A DNA stretch of 64,000 bases from Auanema rhodensis (lineage: Eukaryota > Animalia > Nematoda): assembly GCA_964057225.1 (NCBI GenBank), contig OZ059895.1, positions 16,988,001 through 17,052,000 on the forward strand. The letters are read 5' to 3'. The notes beneath the pieces are model-generated. The model did not search any database. It had not been told where the DNA came from and saw only the letters and a list, made by a program, of their open reading frames with translations. The position numbers were made by a program, and so were the translations under genes. Below are positions 26,552-38,809 of the stretch, piece after piece. Numbering within the stretch: position 1 is the first letter of the stretch; every line of letters starts with the position of its first letter.

Positions 26552-28104
26552 CTAAAAGTTTTCAGGTAGAGGATAGCCGAATAGCCGAAAATCATGATAG
26601 AACATCCTAATAACATATTCCATGAGGAATGGGCTTGAAAATAATCTGAAACATCATAAGGTGTTATCTTTGATACCTACGATGTCTTACCTATTTTCTA
26701 TAATAGTTCGAGCATCTGATTGAACTGTACTATGAAGTGTACGGCCAGTAGTTAAGGAATCACGAATATATTTGAGTGAAGCTTGCGGTACCTATATTAA
26801 CGCTGAGAAATATTTTGATATGATCGAAGCTTACATTCTGAGTTTTTAGTATTTCAAATAAATCCGTCATTAAGCTTGCAGATGGATCAGCTGAGTAACG
26901 AATAAACTTGTATTTATCAAAATGATTAGCCAAATCGCAACGCCAATTTTGTGGAAAGAAGTGTCTATCCTCAAAACTTCGCCAAAAATGACCTTTTTTG
27001 ACCTGCAACAACTCAGAACTTCAATTATATCTCAAGCTTTTATATTTGGTTTGAAATAATGCAATACCTGGTCATACATCCGATTGTATTCATTAATAAC
27101 GAAACAGGTTAGATTGCTTCCACAATTGAAACAAGGCGGGTATCCTTGAGGCTTTCTGAGCATAATTCAAACTAGTATTTTAAGGTTCGAACAATCTTAC
27201 CGTATGCATTTATCAACAAATCCAGAAAGAAATCGTTCAATAGGATCTCTTGTAACCATGGTATACGTCCAATTTGCTTGAGCTTTGAATCTTCGTTTCA
27301 TTCCGTTGAAAGTTGAATGCTCATTCTTACCAGCGCAGAATCTGAAGTCAGCCAATTGCCTAGATATCTCAAAGCTATCTCTTACCTATTTGGCTTCCAT
27401 TCAGTATAAATATTTCTTTTGGCATTTGTAAAACGTTTCTCACCACTCAAATAGCAAAATATGGCTGTCATAACAGTAGACATGCTCTTCTGGATTACAC
27501 AAGCTGCTACGCCGTACTGAGGTGCAACCTGTAAAAGTCAATACAACCAAGTCTACTCTCTCAACCAAACTCGATATTCAGCTTCGAATTTCTTGAAGGC
27601 AGGCATACAGAAGAGAGTTTCGTTGTCATTGTCACAAAAATCGGCAGCAGTCTTGTTGGGCATGAATCGTTCGGGTAAAGGCTACAACTCATTTCAGTCA
27701 ATTCTAATGAAGCAGTAACTTGAACCTACATGTGAATTTGCTAATCGAATAGCTTCAAGATTTGCAAGATTTCGATCACCAATGATTTTCTCATGTTTTT
27801 TCTCTTCTAACACCTTATTATCCTGGAATTTTAATAATTTTAATTTGAAAAAAATGAGAACAGAGAAAAGCATAAAAACAAAAATATTTGAATGAGAGTG
27901 CTGGTGCTGTGAGGAAATTCTACTGGCATAGTAGAGTTAGTGATATGTTTCTGATATTGTAAATACACTAACTTTACGTCTATATAATAATTGAACCTGA
28001 CTAACGGGTCCGTCAGCTCCTAAATTTGAAGCATCGAATAGCAGAAAGACAGCCGAAAATATGGCAAATGCTGAGAGAACGGTCTTGACAGCGGCGTATT
28101 TCAT
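26552..28104 (-). CDS. Golgi carbohydrate sulfotransferase (Sulfotransfer_2/CHST family)
   Basis: N-terminal anchor MKYAAVKTVLSAFAIFSAVFLLF; 5'-PSB ACVIQKSMST; 3'-PB VTRDPIERFLSGFVDKC; HFFPQNWRC; C-terminal YHDFRLFGYPLPENF* (TAG 26554-26552). Confidence 0.88.
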
Positions 28105-28645
28105 TGGAAAACTGATTCAATGGCTGTAAAAGTTGGAGAAAATATTTAATAGATTTATGCAATTTAGAGATAAAGAGAGAACTCTTTGAACTATGTGAGG
28201 TTGTATAGATTAGACTAGAGAAGAGTAAATGATTCTCTCTGTTCCTTGTATCATGCAATGATTCAACTGTGAACAAACATCGGTGATCAGTCTCTATATC
28301 TCACTCCTATACTCAACTTTTTGGATAAAAATCAACTATGATCATGAGCTTTGCTACAAATGTGCCAGATTTAATCTTTAAAAGAGTGGTTACGAGATAA
28401 AAACTGATTGATTCGAACGATGAGTTAGAGAATAATCTACGTGGCACCCCCAAAACAGCAGCATCAAATGGATCTATTTCGTTGATGTGTAAAGCGGGTT
28501 TTCCTAAATCATGGTACAAGTTTGCAATAATATCTCATGGTAGTTTTCAGTACGAATTGATAGAAGAGAATACTATAGATTAACGATAGGTTGGCTACCC
28601 ACCCGAGTTCTTCCTTCTCTCTCTTTGTCTCTCTCTCTCTCTCTT

Positions 28646-28683
<38 letters not shown>

Positions 28684-29470
28684 CTCTCTCACTTATCCAC
28701 TCTCTCCTCTTTTCTATCTGAATCTTTGGTTACAAATCGTTCTACCTATTTTAAAATTTTAATGATTTTTTTGTGTGAAAATAAGGGAGTTATAACACAC
28801 GAAGTTTATAAAAATAAGAGTACAAATATTTTATTGAACAACCAAAAAAAAACAAAAAGTTAAGGATTGTTAACCCTCATCATCTTGAACCATGAATAAT
28901 TATGTGCAAATGTTGGTAAATGTAACTGCAACTTATAAATCTGAAAAGAAAAGAATTTATTAAACTCAATTAAAACTTTTTTTTTGCATAATACCACAAC
29001 TTCTGACTCATCATTCATTTTCCCATGTAGACAGAAGTTTTTGTCAATTTCATATTCAGCCAATTCCTTAATTAGAAATGGCGAGATACATGGCCAGAAA
29101 TATTAAAAATCTCACGAATACGTTGCAATCAGACGGCTGATAATGAATTATCAATTCAATAAGCTTTTTATCTTCTAAAATCTTGGAAGAAACAACTTTG
29201 GTTGGAAGAAGATTGTAGGTGCTGGATGCTTTTCCTTTGTTCGCATGATCCGCAAGCAGATTGACCATATAGAGAGATCGTCGAGCATAAACCTAAAAAG
29301 TTTTTTTATTGATTTTGTTTTTCAAATTTAATGAAAAAAATTGTTTTCACCATCATATTTTCCGAATGTACTGGGTTTTCCAAATCGACATCAATCCATT
29401 CTTCGAGAACATGTTCTGATGAACCTGAACAGATAAGGAAAATCAGAGTTAAGATGACGAGTATGCCCAT
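28101..29470 (-). CDS. Secreted protein of unknown function (possibly tandem cystatin-like fold)
   Basis: Signal peptide MGILVILTLIFLICSGSS, then in-frame GT-AG exons (WIDVDLENPVHSENMM|VYARRSLYMVNLL...QPSDCNVF|ELAEYEIDKNFCLHG...|KPALHINEIDPFDAAVLGVPRRLF...). The 3' end is inferred; the fold is a guess. Confidence 0.6.
28616..28690. repeat. (CT)n microsatellite, imperfect
   Basis: CT run in an intron. Confidence 0.9.
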
Positions 29471-29816
29471 ATTTTGGTGAAACTCTTAGATATAAGAAAA
29501 AATGAAAAAATAATAAGAAATATGAGTAATTACATTAGTCATTAACTGTTCGTCAGCCATCAGTTTTTGTTTTGTTTTTTTTCCGAAAAGAAAAACTTCC
29601 AATAAGAGCAAATGACTCAAGAAAAAAGAGATAAAACTTTGATCTGAAACCTATAATTTTAAGATGAAGCCTTAGTCAATTGCAACAAATAATTTTAATC
29701 TAAAAATATAATAAGTTGAATGAAAAAAAAAGATGAAAACCATGCATTTTCTTTGTCAAATTTTTCATTTGTTTAGAGAGTCTAGGGAAAAGATGTTTGA
29801 AGAAAAGGAAAAATAA

Positions 29817-29866
29817 CCTCTCTCTTTTTCTCTCTTTCTCTCTTTCTCTCTCTCTTATATTTTCTT

Positions 29867-29927
<61 letters not shown>
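29817..29927. repeat. (CT)n microsatellite, imperfect
   Basis: Long intergenic CT run. Confidence 0.9.
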
Positions 29928-29932
<5 letters not shown>

Positions 29933-31271
29933 ATTTCCTCACATTTCCTCTCTCTTTTTTTCTCATTTTCTTCATAGTCAATTCGGACTTCCAAACAATA
30001 ATGCTAACATTTTTATAAAATTTTGAAATATTTTGCCTGTCATGCTCTAATATCACATAATCTTAGCTCTAATCCTAATTAGCTTATATCCTTCCTCCCT
30101 CCTCATCTGTAAACAAACGATGTTAGTTGTCGCATCCTCAATGTTCCCATGGATACAGATAAAGGAAGGAAAAGACGGAAAGAAAATTGAGATTCCCTGA
30201 TTGCATTGTCATTTCACAGTTCCAAAAAGTAATATCAAAATCTAAACTAGTTGATTACGACGACACAGATGCTTATGAGTTGTATGCTTCATTCTCATTA
30301 CGTTCATGAACTCCTGCATGAGTATGCAGGTGGTCTTACTTTAAAAATCGAGCTCAAGCTTCCAATACTATCTGCCTCATAAGCATGACTGACGGCTTGG
30401 TTTGTTCTTGTGTCCCATGTTCTTGTGTCCCATCTTGTCTGCCAGCATCGCATCTCTCTTCTCTCTTATCCACTTATATGTATGCCCGCCCCTGGCTTTG
30501 TTTCTAAAGGACCCTAGTGGTAGACCTCATTCTCACACAATATTCATAAGGTTCGTTCGTTCAGTTATGCTCAATTCTCTGTCGTTCGAGGATTTCTGTT
30601 CAAAGTCATTCAGAACTCAGGTTTTAAGTTGGCTCCTCTTCCAGTTAGTAGCATATGCTCTGTAAAATGCATATCGTGCAGCTAGACTAAACTCGGAACA
30701 AGCCTGATCTGCAACGTTTTGTCTCATGTTTAGGCGCTATTTAACCTGATTATGAAGTAATTTTCAAGTTTTCTCATGTTTTAGATCTCTAGAGATCATC
30801 ATATACGCTCATTTGTTTTTCTTTATAACTTATTATTCAATAATATTCGACTATATCATATAATTAACTGTTATATAGTTATAAATACAATATTGAATAC
30901 TTATCTTTTCTATATTCATTCTTATTCTATTCATTTTTAGAATAATATATAGCTATTCATATAAATATAATCGAAATATACATTGTATAAGCATAAGTAT
31001 ATTCATTTACATAGATTTTATAGTTTGAACTGTTACTACTTCATGTAAAGCCTATATATTGTTCTTCAATACTTCCTATACTAGTAGTATCTCACAGTTT
31101 CTTTGCTCATCACTTACTCTGTACATCATCATCATCATCATCATCATCATCGTTGTGCCATGTTATATCTGTAAGTTTTTGTTTTTTCCCAGACTGTTTT
31201 TTTCGTTGAACATGAAAAAAAGCCGATAAAATCATCGCAAATTCATAGATTCTTGTAACTTTACTTTACAG

Positions 31272-32268
31272 ATGCATCCACATATTCTCAATAGTTGTCA
31301 TGTGTGCAATGGCTGTCGTTCAGACGGACATCAGAAGCTGTAGACGGTAAGTTGTTCATATGAAGTTTAATTTGTATGTTTCAAATGGAATTGATATTCG
31401 TTTTATTGTTGCAGATATTCTTATTCAAATCGACCATCACAAGATTGCTCATCGTGTGGATTAACTAATCCACCAAAGCTTTTTCATTCAGTTATTTCAT
31501 TAAATCTAGCAAACAATTCATTAGGTATCGTGGATAATTTTCCAACTGCCTATAATACTCTTCTATCACTTCGTATGGATCATTGTTCAATTAAAGCTAT
31601 TAAGCCAAAGGTTTATATAGCTTTTAGTAGATTTATGCTATGAAACAATGCTATTTCCAGGCACTTTTTCAATTAACCAACTTGAAAAACTTGGATTTAT
31701 CATATAATCAGTTAGAACACATTCAAATAGGTCGATCTGTATCCTTACTCACCACACTCAATCTATCACATAATAAGCTGAGGTGAGAATTAGACAAAGA
31801 GCTAGAACTTGAAACTTGAAAGATTAAAACTTTTTTTATTTTACAGACACATACCGGATTTTTCAAGTTTAAATTCGCTTCGTTTATTGGATTTATCATA
31901 TAATAATTTGATTTCAATTATTCCACAACATCTGCCATATAATCTGGAATCTTTACGACTTACTGCTAACTATCTCTCCCACTTAACACATTGGTCCTTT
32001 TTGGAAAAGTTACAGGTTTGAGTTTTCCTTGGTTTCTAGTTGAAGCATGCACATCTAGTATACTCACTTACAAACATTTATATCAAGTGACTTTTGAGAA
32101 GGGATGGGTATACATTAATGGCTTTTGCCTTCTTATATTCATCTGGCTATTGTTTTTGGACGTTCTAATCCGTTAAAGTCCAAACCTTCTCTAGAACATA
32201 AGTGTAGCAGATTGTGAATAGGCTCACAAACTCTCAAAATTAAAAAGAAAGGAGCTGTAGGACAGAAG

Positions 32269-32312
<44 letters not shown>

Positions 32313-35300
32313 AAGAGAAAAAGAGAAAAAGGATAGAATATGAGTAGCAGAGATTCGTATTATGAATTAGGTGCTAGGAAGAGAGCAACGGTTACATCAT
32401 CTGTCATTCGGGTGAATTCTACTCTAAAGTGATGCTAGGCTGACCTCAAGCGAGAAGCCATTTGTCACCATTAGCTCCAGATGATTTTCTGATTTTTCAT
32501 TGACATTATTGGGCAATAAGCTGATGTAATGAATAATGGTAATGAATTGAGATTTTAATTTAAGCTGATACACAGTTACAACTCGTGCACATCATCTTTA
32601 TATATCCAGATTTGATTCAGATTTCTCAGCTGTTTGTAGAGGGGAGGGGGATCCAACAAAATCAAAATAATAACAGAACGAATAAACTGTCTATGACGCC
32701 TGAATAGCTCCAGAAGCAGCACTATACGACTGTTGATGAGCTCAAATAGCTTACCGATAGCTCTCTGGGGACGAACTGTATTTCTGTTGTTTTGCGGGCA
32801 ATCAGTGCGCCATCTGGCTAGTGTCTCACATCTCTTCTACCCGTCGGTTATTCAGAGACGAATCGGCTTTGATGACTGTAATGAGCTGCAGATGTAGTCA
32901 TCTGACGTTCACTCAAGCATATTTATAACCATTTGGCTTTCATATTGTTAAGAATCTAACCAATATGTATAATTGAGCTTTTGCTACTGCTGCTACTGCT
33001 GTGGCTTCTGCTAGATCCACTATGAAGTTCGTGCAATGAAAATGGAAGTATGTAAGCAATAAAGCTACGTCCGAACGCTATAGTTCTTCATATTTTTCTC
33101 AATTCTCTAGCTCGTGGCCGTCATCATTTATCAAAGATAATTCGCTGCAAAAGCTACATATAATAGCTTTAAGAGAACTTTGATGTAGAGCTGAGCCAGT
33201 TCTCACTCCAAGCTGTTCGTTCATGGTAGAAGTCACATTGTTTACATGTCATACATCCATCTGAATCATGTCAATCGTCCTATTCGGGATTAAAAATCTT
33301 TTTTTTTCCAAATGCTTAAGATAGCAATCAAATGAGTTTTTACTTAAACACAAAGAATAATATTCATTTCAGGAGCTCGATGTATCGTTTAATCCTTTAG
33401 TATGTGAATGCTCACTGTGGAAATTTGTAACATGGGCTGAACAGATGGCCTTATTTGACAGCTCAACGTTGCCATGCCGCAAGCCAGCCAGCCTAAGACG
33501 CAGCTTATCCGGAGAGGTACAATATAGAAATTTTCGGTTAAAATTGACATTTGCACGACGTGCGCATGAAACAAAATTCCAATTTCGCTATTATAACTAT
33601 ACATAGGTTTGATACAAATTGATAGAATAATATGGAACAGCATGATGACGGGGTCAGGTTGGAGGCTATATGAAATGGCTCGATGATAAAATAATATTCA
33701 TAATGAATATGAGATGTTTTTCCCATATAATGGAGTGTTTGATGGCAAAAATGTCTTTTTCTTAGCCTCTTCCTCCACATCATCATCATCATCATCATCA
33801 TCAGCTTGCGCCTTCTTTTGCCTTCTGTTCCGTCTCTTTCTCCAGCTCTCATCAATATCTGTTTTTATTAATTCCACTCAACTAATATTGTTTCATATTG
33901 GGTTTTCATATATATCCTCTTGTCTCATACATTCTTCTCTCACTCTCTCTTATTCTCGCTCTTGCTCTCTCTATATCGCTTGTCTTCATCCTACCAGCAT
34001 CATCTTCAACCTTCTTCTTAACCATATACTTCACTAAAGACATCGACCTCAATTTGTCATTTAGATTAATCCAACTTAATTTCTGACAGTTTTGCTTTCA
34101 CATATCCTTCTTCTATTCATGAATGTATAGATGACTAACCAAAAACAAATCAAAACAATGATGTTTCGTGTTCAGATTAAAGCTTTCCATAAGCATGGAC
34201 ACCAAACAACTTATTCATGTTGTTTCATATCTCTTACAAAATTCTTGTTTTACACATCTTAACAGATTTACCAATAGTCTAAATAAATCAAACTTTTACG
34301 GTCCCCATGAAACAGTGCTGAATCAGCAGTTGGATCTCTTATCACACTTGATCTAGTCAGGATGTCGTGAACATCCAAGGAAAAATGTGGGGATATAGCT
34401 CAGTGGTAGAGCGCTCCCTTAGCATGGGAGAGGGCTGGGGTTCAATTCCCCATATCTCCAGAACTTTTTAACTTTTGACGATTTGATGTTTTTCATTTTT
34501 TTAGTTAAACCCATACAAGGTACGTTTCAAATAAAATATCTAAACTGAAAAGATGTTAAATCAGTGTCTTCAGTCAGGATAATTCTGATTTGCAAAGCTG
34601 TCAGTGATGAGGAACAGAGATGATTCCATGTGAGTTAGAGCTAGCGATACTGCGGGACCGCAACTCCTGTCAGCTTATCATAGCTGAGGCAGCAACTTCC
34701 TTTAATCGAATAAGAACTTTTCTGGGTTATTAAGGGTTTCTATAACAAACGGACCATTCGAGATATTCGATGATAATAAGAAATTTGAAGAAATCAGTAT
34801 TCTCCGGGGAAAGAGAATCTGGAAATTTGGGATCATGTGGGGATATAGCTCAGTGGTAGAGCGCTCCCTTAGCATGGGAGAGGGCTGGGGTTCAATTCCC
34901 CATATCTCCAGAAATTTTTTGCTTTCCAAGTCGATAAAGCTTTAAGTCTGATTTTCTTATTTTTCGATACACGCGTGTAAACTTGACGCGTGAACTGTAT
35001 GTTGACTGATTAGCATAATTCACGTGTACTTTCTACTCACGTCAATTTGTTATTTTTCGAACTCTTACTCACGTGTGCGGTTGCATTTCTTCAATTTCAA
35101 CAAATAATTTTTAACAGAATCTATTACTTTTCTCTTCTTTATATAACTTTTTAATTTCAAAAATAATTAATAGTCTATAATGAAAGTTGTGATTTTCAGA
35201 TATTTTGTGGTCCAGATATTCACGAATCCAAAGAAATTACTAGAAGTATTGTTTCGTTAGGTGACCCTCTTCAACTCTGCTGTACAGTTGCTTCGTCACC

Positions 35301-36100
35301 AGCTGCTTACGTTTTCTGGCGGCATGAAAACAAAAACATTACAAAAGTATTAAAAAATATCTTTATCTGTCTGATGAAATTCTGACAATTCAGGGTTTGA
35401 CAACATCTCCATTAGCTGAATCAGGGAGGGCACGATTTTGCTTAGATATTGCTAGCATGACAGTTAGCAGCTACGGCACATACAGTTGTGTAGCAAAACT
35501 TGGAGGTAACTCATATTTCACAAGTTCATCATAACTTTAGTTTACAGATGTATACGAATCTAAGAATTTTATAATTGAGCGTGATAAGATACCAATAGTA
35601 GCAAATTCAGCTGAACAGCTTGTGTTCTATGCTCAATTTAGTATCTGTGCGTTCGTTGGGGTTAGACATATACATATATCTCAACTTATTTCATACAATA
35701 ATTACAGATTTTCTGTGTTACATGCTGTTGCTGTCTTCGTCGAGCTAATCAGAAGACGAAAATTCGCAAAACTAGATATCATTTTCCCGTATGTTTTCTT
35801 TTTCATAAAATTTATAGCCAACATTTCAAAATATATTGCAGGAATTTGTGCCAACATTAGATTATTTGAATGATAATAATGATCCCTATCTTACAACTGA
35901 TCGTCGTTATTTGACTAAAATGGGCAAACAAATAGATGATTGGGATGATGTAGAGGTTAACTTAACACTTATACATAGATCTTTTTATATTTAAATCTTA
36001 CTTATAGAATTGGAGAAATGTGAAAAGCATCATGCATGCTCCATTGGCAAAGTTTGATTCGGAAACAAACATAACAACTACATTACACTCATCTGTATAG
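31272..36100 (+). CDS. LRR + Ig + transmembrane cell-surface protein (IGLR/LIG family)
   Basis: Signal peptide MHPHILSIVVMCAMAVV; LRRs (LKNLDLSYNQL, LRLLDLSYNNL); LRRCT NPLVCECSLWKF; Ig domain LQLCCTV...VFWRH...YGTYSCVAK; TM followed by CVTCCCCLRR; stop TAG 36098-36100. Confidence 0.85.
32271..32308. repeat. (GA)n microsatellite
   Basis: Perfect GA run in an IGLR-like intron. Confidence 0.95.
34389..34460 (+). tRNA. tRNA-Ala(AGC), copy 1 (intronic)
   Basis: GGGGATATAGCTCAGTGGTAGAGCGCTCCCTTAGCATGGGAGAGGGCTGGGGTTCAATTCCCCATATCTCCA: cloverleaf, AGC anticodon, G3:U70 pair, oligo-T terminator. Confidence 0.97.
34597..34693 (+). ncRNA. Candidate box C/D snoRNA, copy 1
   Basis: GCTGTC-A-GTGATGA ... 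CTGA-GGCAGC: 6-bp terminal stem with kink-turn spacing. No target identified. Confidence 0.4.
34839..34910 (+). tRNA. tRNA-Ala(AGC), copy 2 (intronic)
   Basis: Identical 72-nt sequence, T6 terminator. Confidence 0.97.
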
Positions 36101-36515
36101 TATATGTATAATAATAATAATAATAATAATAATATAAATCAATAAAGTTATATTAAATAATTCTTTAAATTCTAATATTTTGTTCCGTATGATCTACATC
36201 TCGATAGAATTCTGTAAAAAGCTTAAATGATTGTTGTGCCACGTTGTTGTCCAATTCTACAGCATTTCGTTCCACTTTTCTCAGTATTTTTCAATTTAGA
36301 GATCAGAATTGAAACACTGTACACCACATATTCTAGCTTGTAGTGAAAGTGATCGTGTATATTATAAAATTGTTGCAAAAACATAAAATAATTTTAAAAA
36401 ATCTGAGAAACATCTAGAAGATATGAAATTTGATATAGAAATAACAATCTGAATACTAAGTGTTTAGTACTGTAGTAGATGTCTTAACATTATTAGATTC
36501 TAAGTAAAAGAGAAA

Positions 36516-37711
36516 TCAAGTTAGTCTTCGAATAGTTTCAAACAGCTTACTAGTGCCTATGAATCTGTTCCATCGCTTGAGGATTATATGACGGTATTCT
36601 CTATGTGAGAACAACATGGTTAGGTGGTTTACCATACCATGACATGAATAAAGTGTCATAAACGTCTGACTAAATTCTGAAAAAGTGAACTTAGGCATCC
36701 GAATGATATTCCAACTTCAACCTGGTTCGTATCCTCCCCAGAATATTAAAATCAATGGGAAAATCATAAGACAGATTGGAATGAATGTCTGAAGCAAGAA
36801 CCTGCTAACATTTTAAATGATCTTCCACTACCTGTGCTAGCAAAGCTCGAAGCAAATTCCTCTGTAGCAATTTGGTTCTTTGAGAGAATGTTTCTGTTGA
36901 ATTCAGGAGAAAATAATAAGAACAACTCAAACAGATGATAAACGTTGAGATAAATGCCACAAACACAAAGACAAAAAGAACTTCAAACGTCTGATTTCGA
37001 CTTGTCATAACGACAGCAACATCCCTCGTTTCCAGAAGTAACTTATATTGTTTTTTACATATGTCATGTGTCTTAAAGTAAGTGAGTGAGCTTTATAAGG
37101 TGAAAAAAATTACTTGGAAATGTTCCAATTTCTCTTTAAAATCACTAGACATAATGAATATTAAAGGAAGAACACCATATACCCATCCATTATATAAAAG
37201 AAATGTTACCAATGTATCTACTTTACCGTTGAGATGCAATAAATGATAAGTTGGAAGAATAGCTCGAGTTCTATAAACCAACATTCTCAAGTATACTCCC
37301 AAGATTTCTGTGATTCTTAATTAACTATACTTATAAGAATATACTTGCCAAGTATAAAGCCTCCGTACGCGCAGTAGACATATTCGGCTGGGATACCCTT
37401 GTTGGCGGTAATTCCTAATTGGCGAAATGCCCAAATATGAGGGTAGAGTTGGATTGTTAAGCAACAATCAAATACAAAATCATGACATAGAAAGCTGAAA
37501 CTATTTGAAAAAAAAAAAGACTCAAAGTGAATTGATGGCTTTACCAGATCAGGTGAAACAACAGTATATCCTTATATTCTTGCATAACTTTAGAAGAATG
37601 GTAATAAACTATATATATAGCAAGAATATTTGTAGTAAAATTAAAAAGAAAGATAACATTTTGGGCAATTATATACATAGTTAAGTCTATTTCTTGTAGT
37701 AAGATGCACAT
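36516..37711 (-). CDS. Nematode 7TM chemoreceptor, Srh/Sri-type
   Basis: Multi-exon hydrophobic protein with SKVMQEYKDILLFH, SQRTKLLQRNLLRALLAQ and TM7 HGMVNHLTMLFSHREYR; includes one GC-AG intron. Confidence 0.82.
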
Positions 37712-38387
37712 AATTCGATATAATATACGTTTTATAGATTAAGAACTGAAACAATCAAAAAAAAAGTGAATTAACTTAATTAAAAGGCTTACATCAAGTA
37801 ATAACAATTCAGATAAAACCTTTGATGTTTTAAAAAGATTCAGATGTACCCCAAAATAGTCGATAGGCGGAAGATAGATTCTCAGAACCAAATAGAGTCT
37901 CAAATATTATTTCAATATGAAGGGACGAGGGGTGCTAGTTGTTGTGAAAATATTTTTCTCAATTTTTGATTTGTAGAAGCTTTTTTGTATTTTACGTCAG
38001 GTTTACAATAACTTTTTGATCTTGGTGTTGGGTATAGATATTTGTCAAAATCGACATTTTTTTAAATCAAGTAATACCTGACAGTTTCCCTTCTAACAAG
38101 AATTTTAGTTTGTCAAGTATATTGTTCCACATACATTTAATATACAAAAATTTTACATTTTTCATAAAAAAAATAAAATTCATCATTGACAATGTAGCAA
38201 ACACCTACTCGGTTTTATGTTTATCATTCTGGGTGTGAAGCCATGAAGTAAGCAATATAATTTACATATCGAAAAAAAATAATTGAAAAAAATTAGGAAA
38301 TTCTTGATGAACCTACTCATACTTGCTGAGAAGACTTTGTTTTATTTTTTTTTAAATTGAAAGTAACTGAAAAAAGAATAAAATTAT

Positions 38388-38518
38388 TAAAAATAATGTT
38401 CAAAATGAAGAAATGCAACCGCACACGTGGATAAGAGTTCGAAAAATAACAAACACGAGGTGTGTGACGTGAGTAGAAAGTACACGTGAATTATGCTAAT
38501 CAGTCAACATACAGTTCA
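38388..38518 (-). repeat. Inverted copy of the array's 3' tail (pairs with ~40307-40429 and ~34991-35113)
   Basis: Reverse complement reads TGAACTGTATGTTGACTGATTAGCATAATTCACGTGTACTTTCTACTCACGTCA...CCACGTGTGCGGTTGCATTTCTTCA, with a ~10-nt insertion. Confidence 0.92.
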
Positions 38519-38809
38519 AAAATCACATTGATTTCTTCAATTTTCTTATTATCAACATCCATCTCTAATAGTTCATTTGCTTTGAAAACACAAAGTAAGC
38601 TATAAGTTGGTGAAAGAATAGATATACTAAATACCCCCCGAAAACCAGGACCTGCAGAACCCCCGACAGTTGGAATGGAGCTGATAGAGGAGTTGTTTTT
38701 CGTTTTCAGAGTTTACAAGCAGACCATTCAAGGTATTAGATGATAATAAGAAATTTGAAGAAATCAGTTTTCTCCAGGGAAAGATAAACTGGAAAATCTG
38801 GAATAATGT

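Larger units (their letters stand above)
34384..35157 (+). repeat. Duplicated tRNA-Ala unit (tRNA-spacer-tRNA-tail) in the IGLR-like intron
   Basis: Near-identical to the units and 3' tail of the 38.7-40.5 kb array. Confidence 0.92.

Noticed and set aside
29700-30056. ORFs with poly-RE or poly-SL (also 28591, 44994, 46348-46726, 47553-48002)
   Set aside because: Translations of GA/CT microsatellites.
34551-34693. Spacer block as U3, U8 or U6 (GGATAAT hairpin; ACAGAGA motif)
   Set aside because: Only short motif resemblances; it lacks U3 boxes B/C and length, and the U6 AGC triad/ISL.
34702-34929. Antisense ORFs across tRNA units (also 39550-39747)
   Set aside because: Reverse-complement translation of tRNA-Ala; no coding signature.
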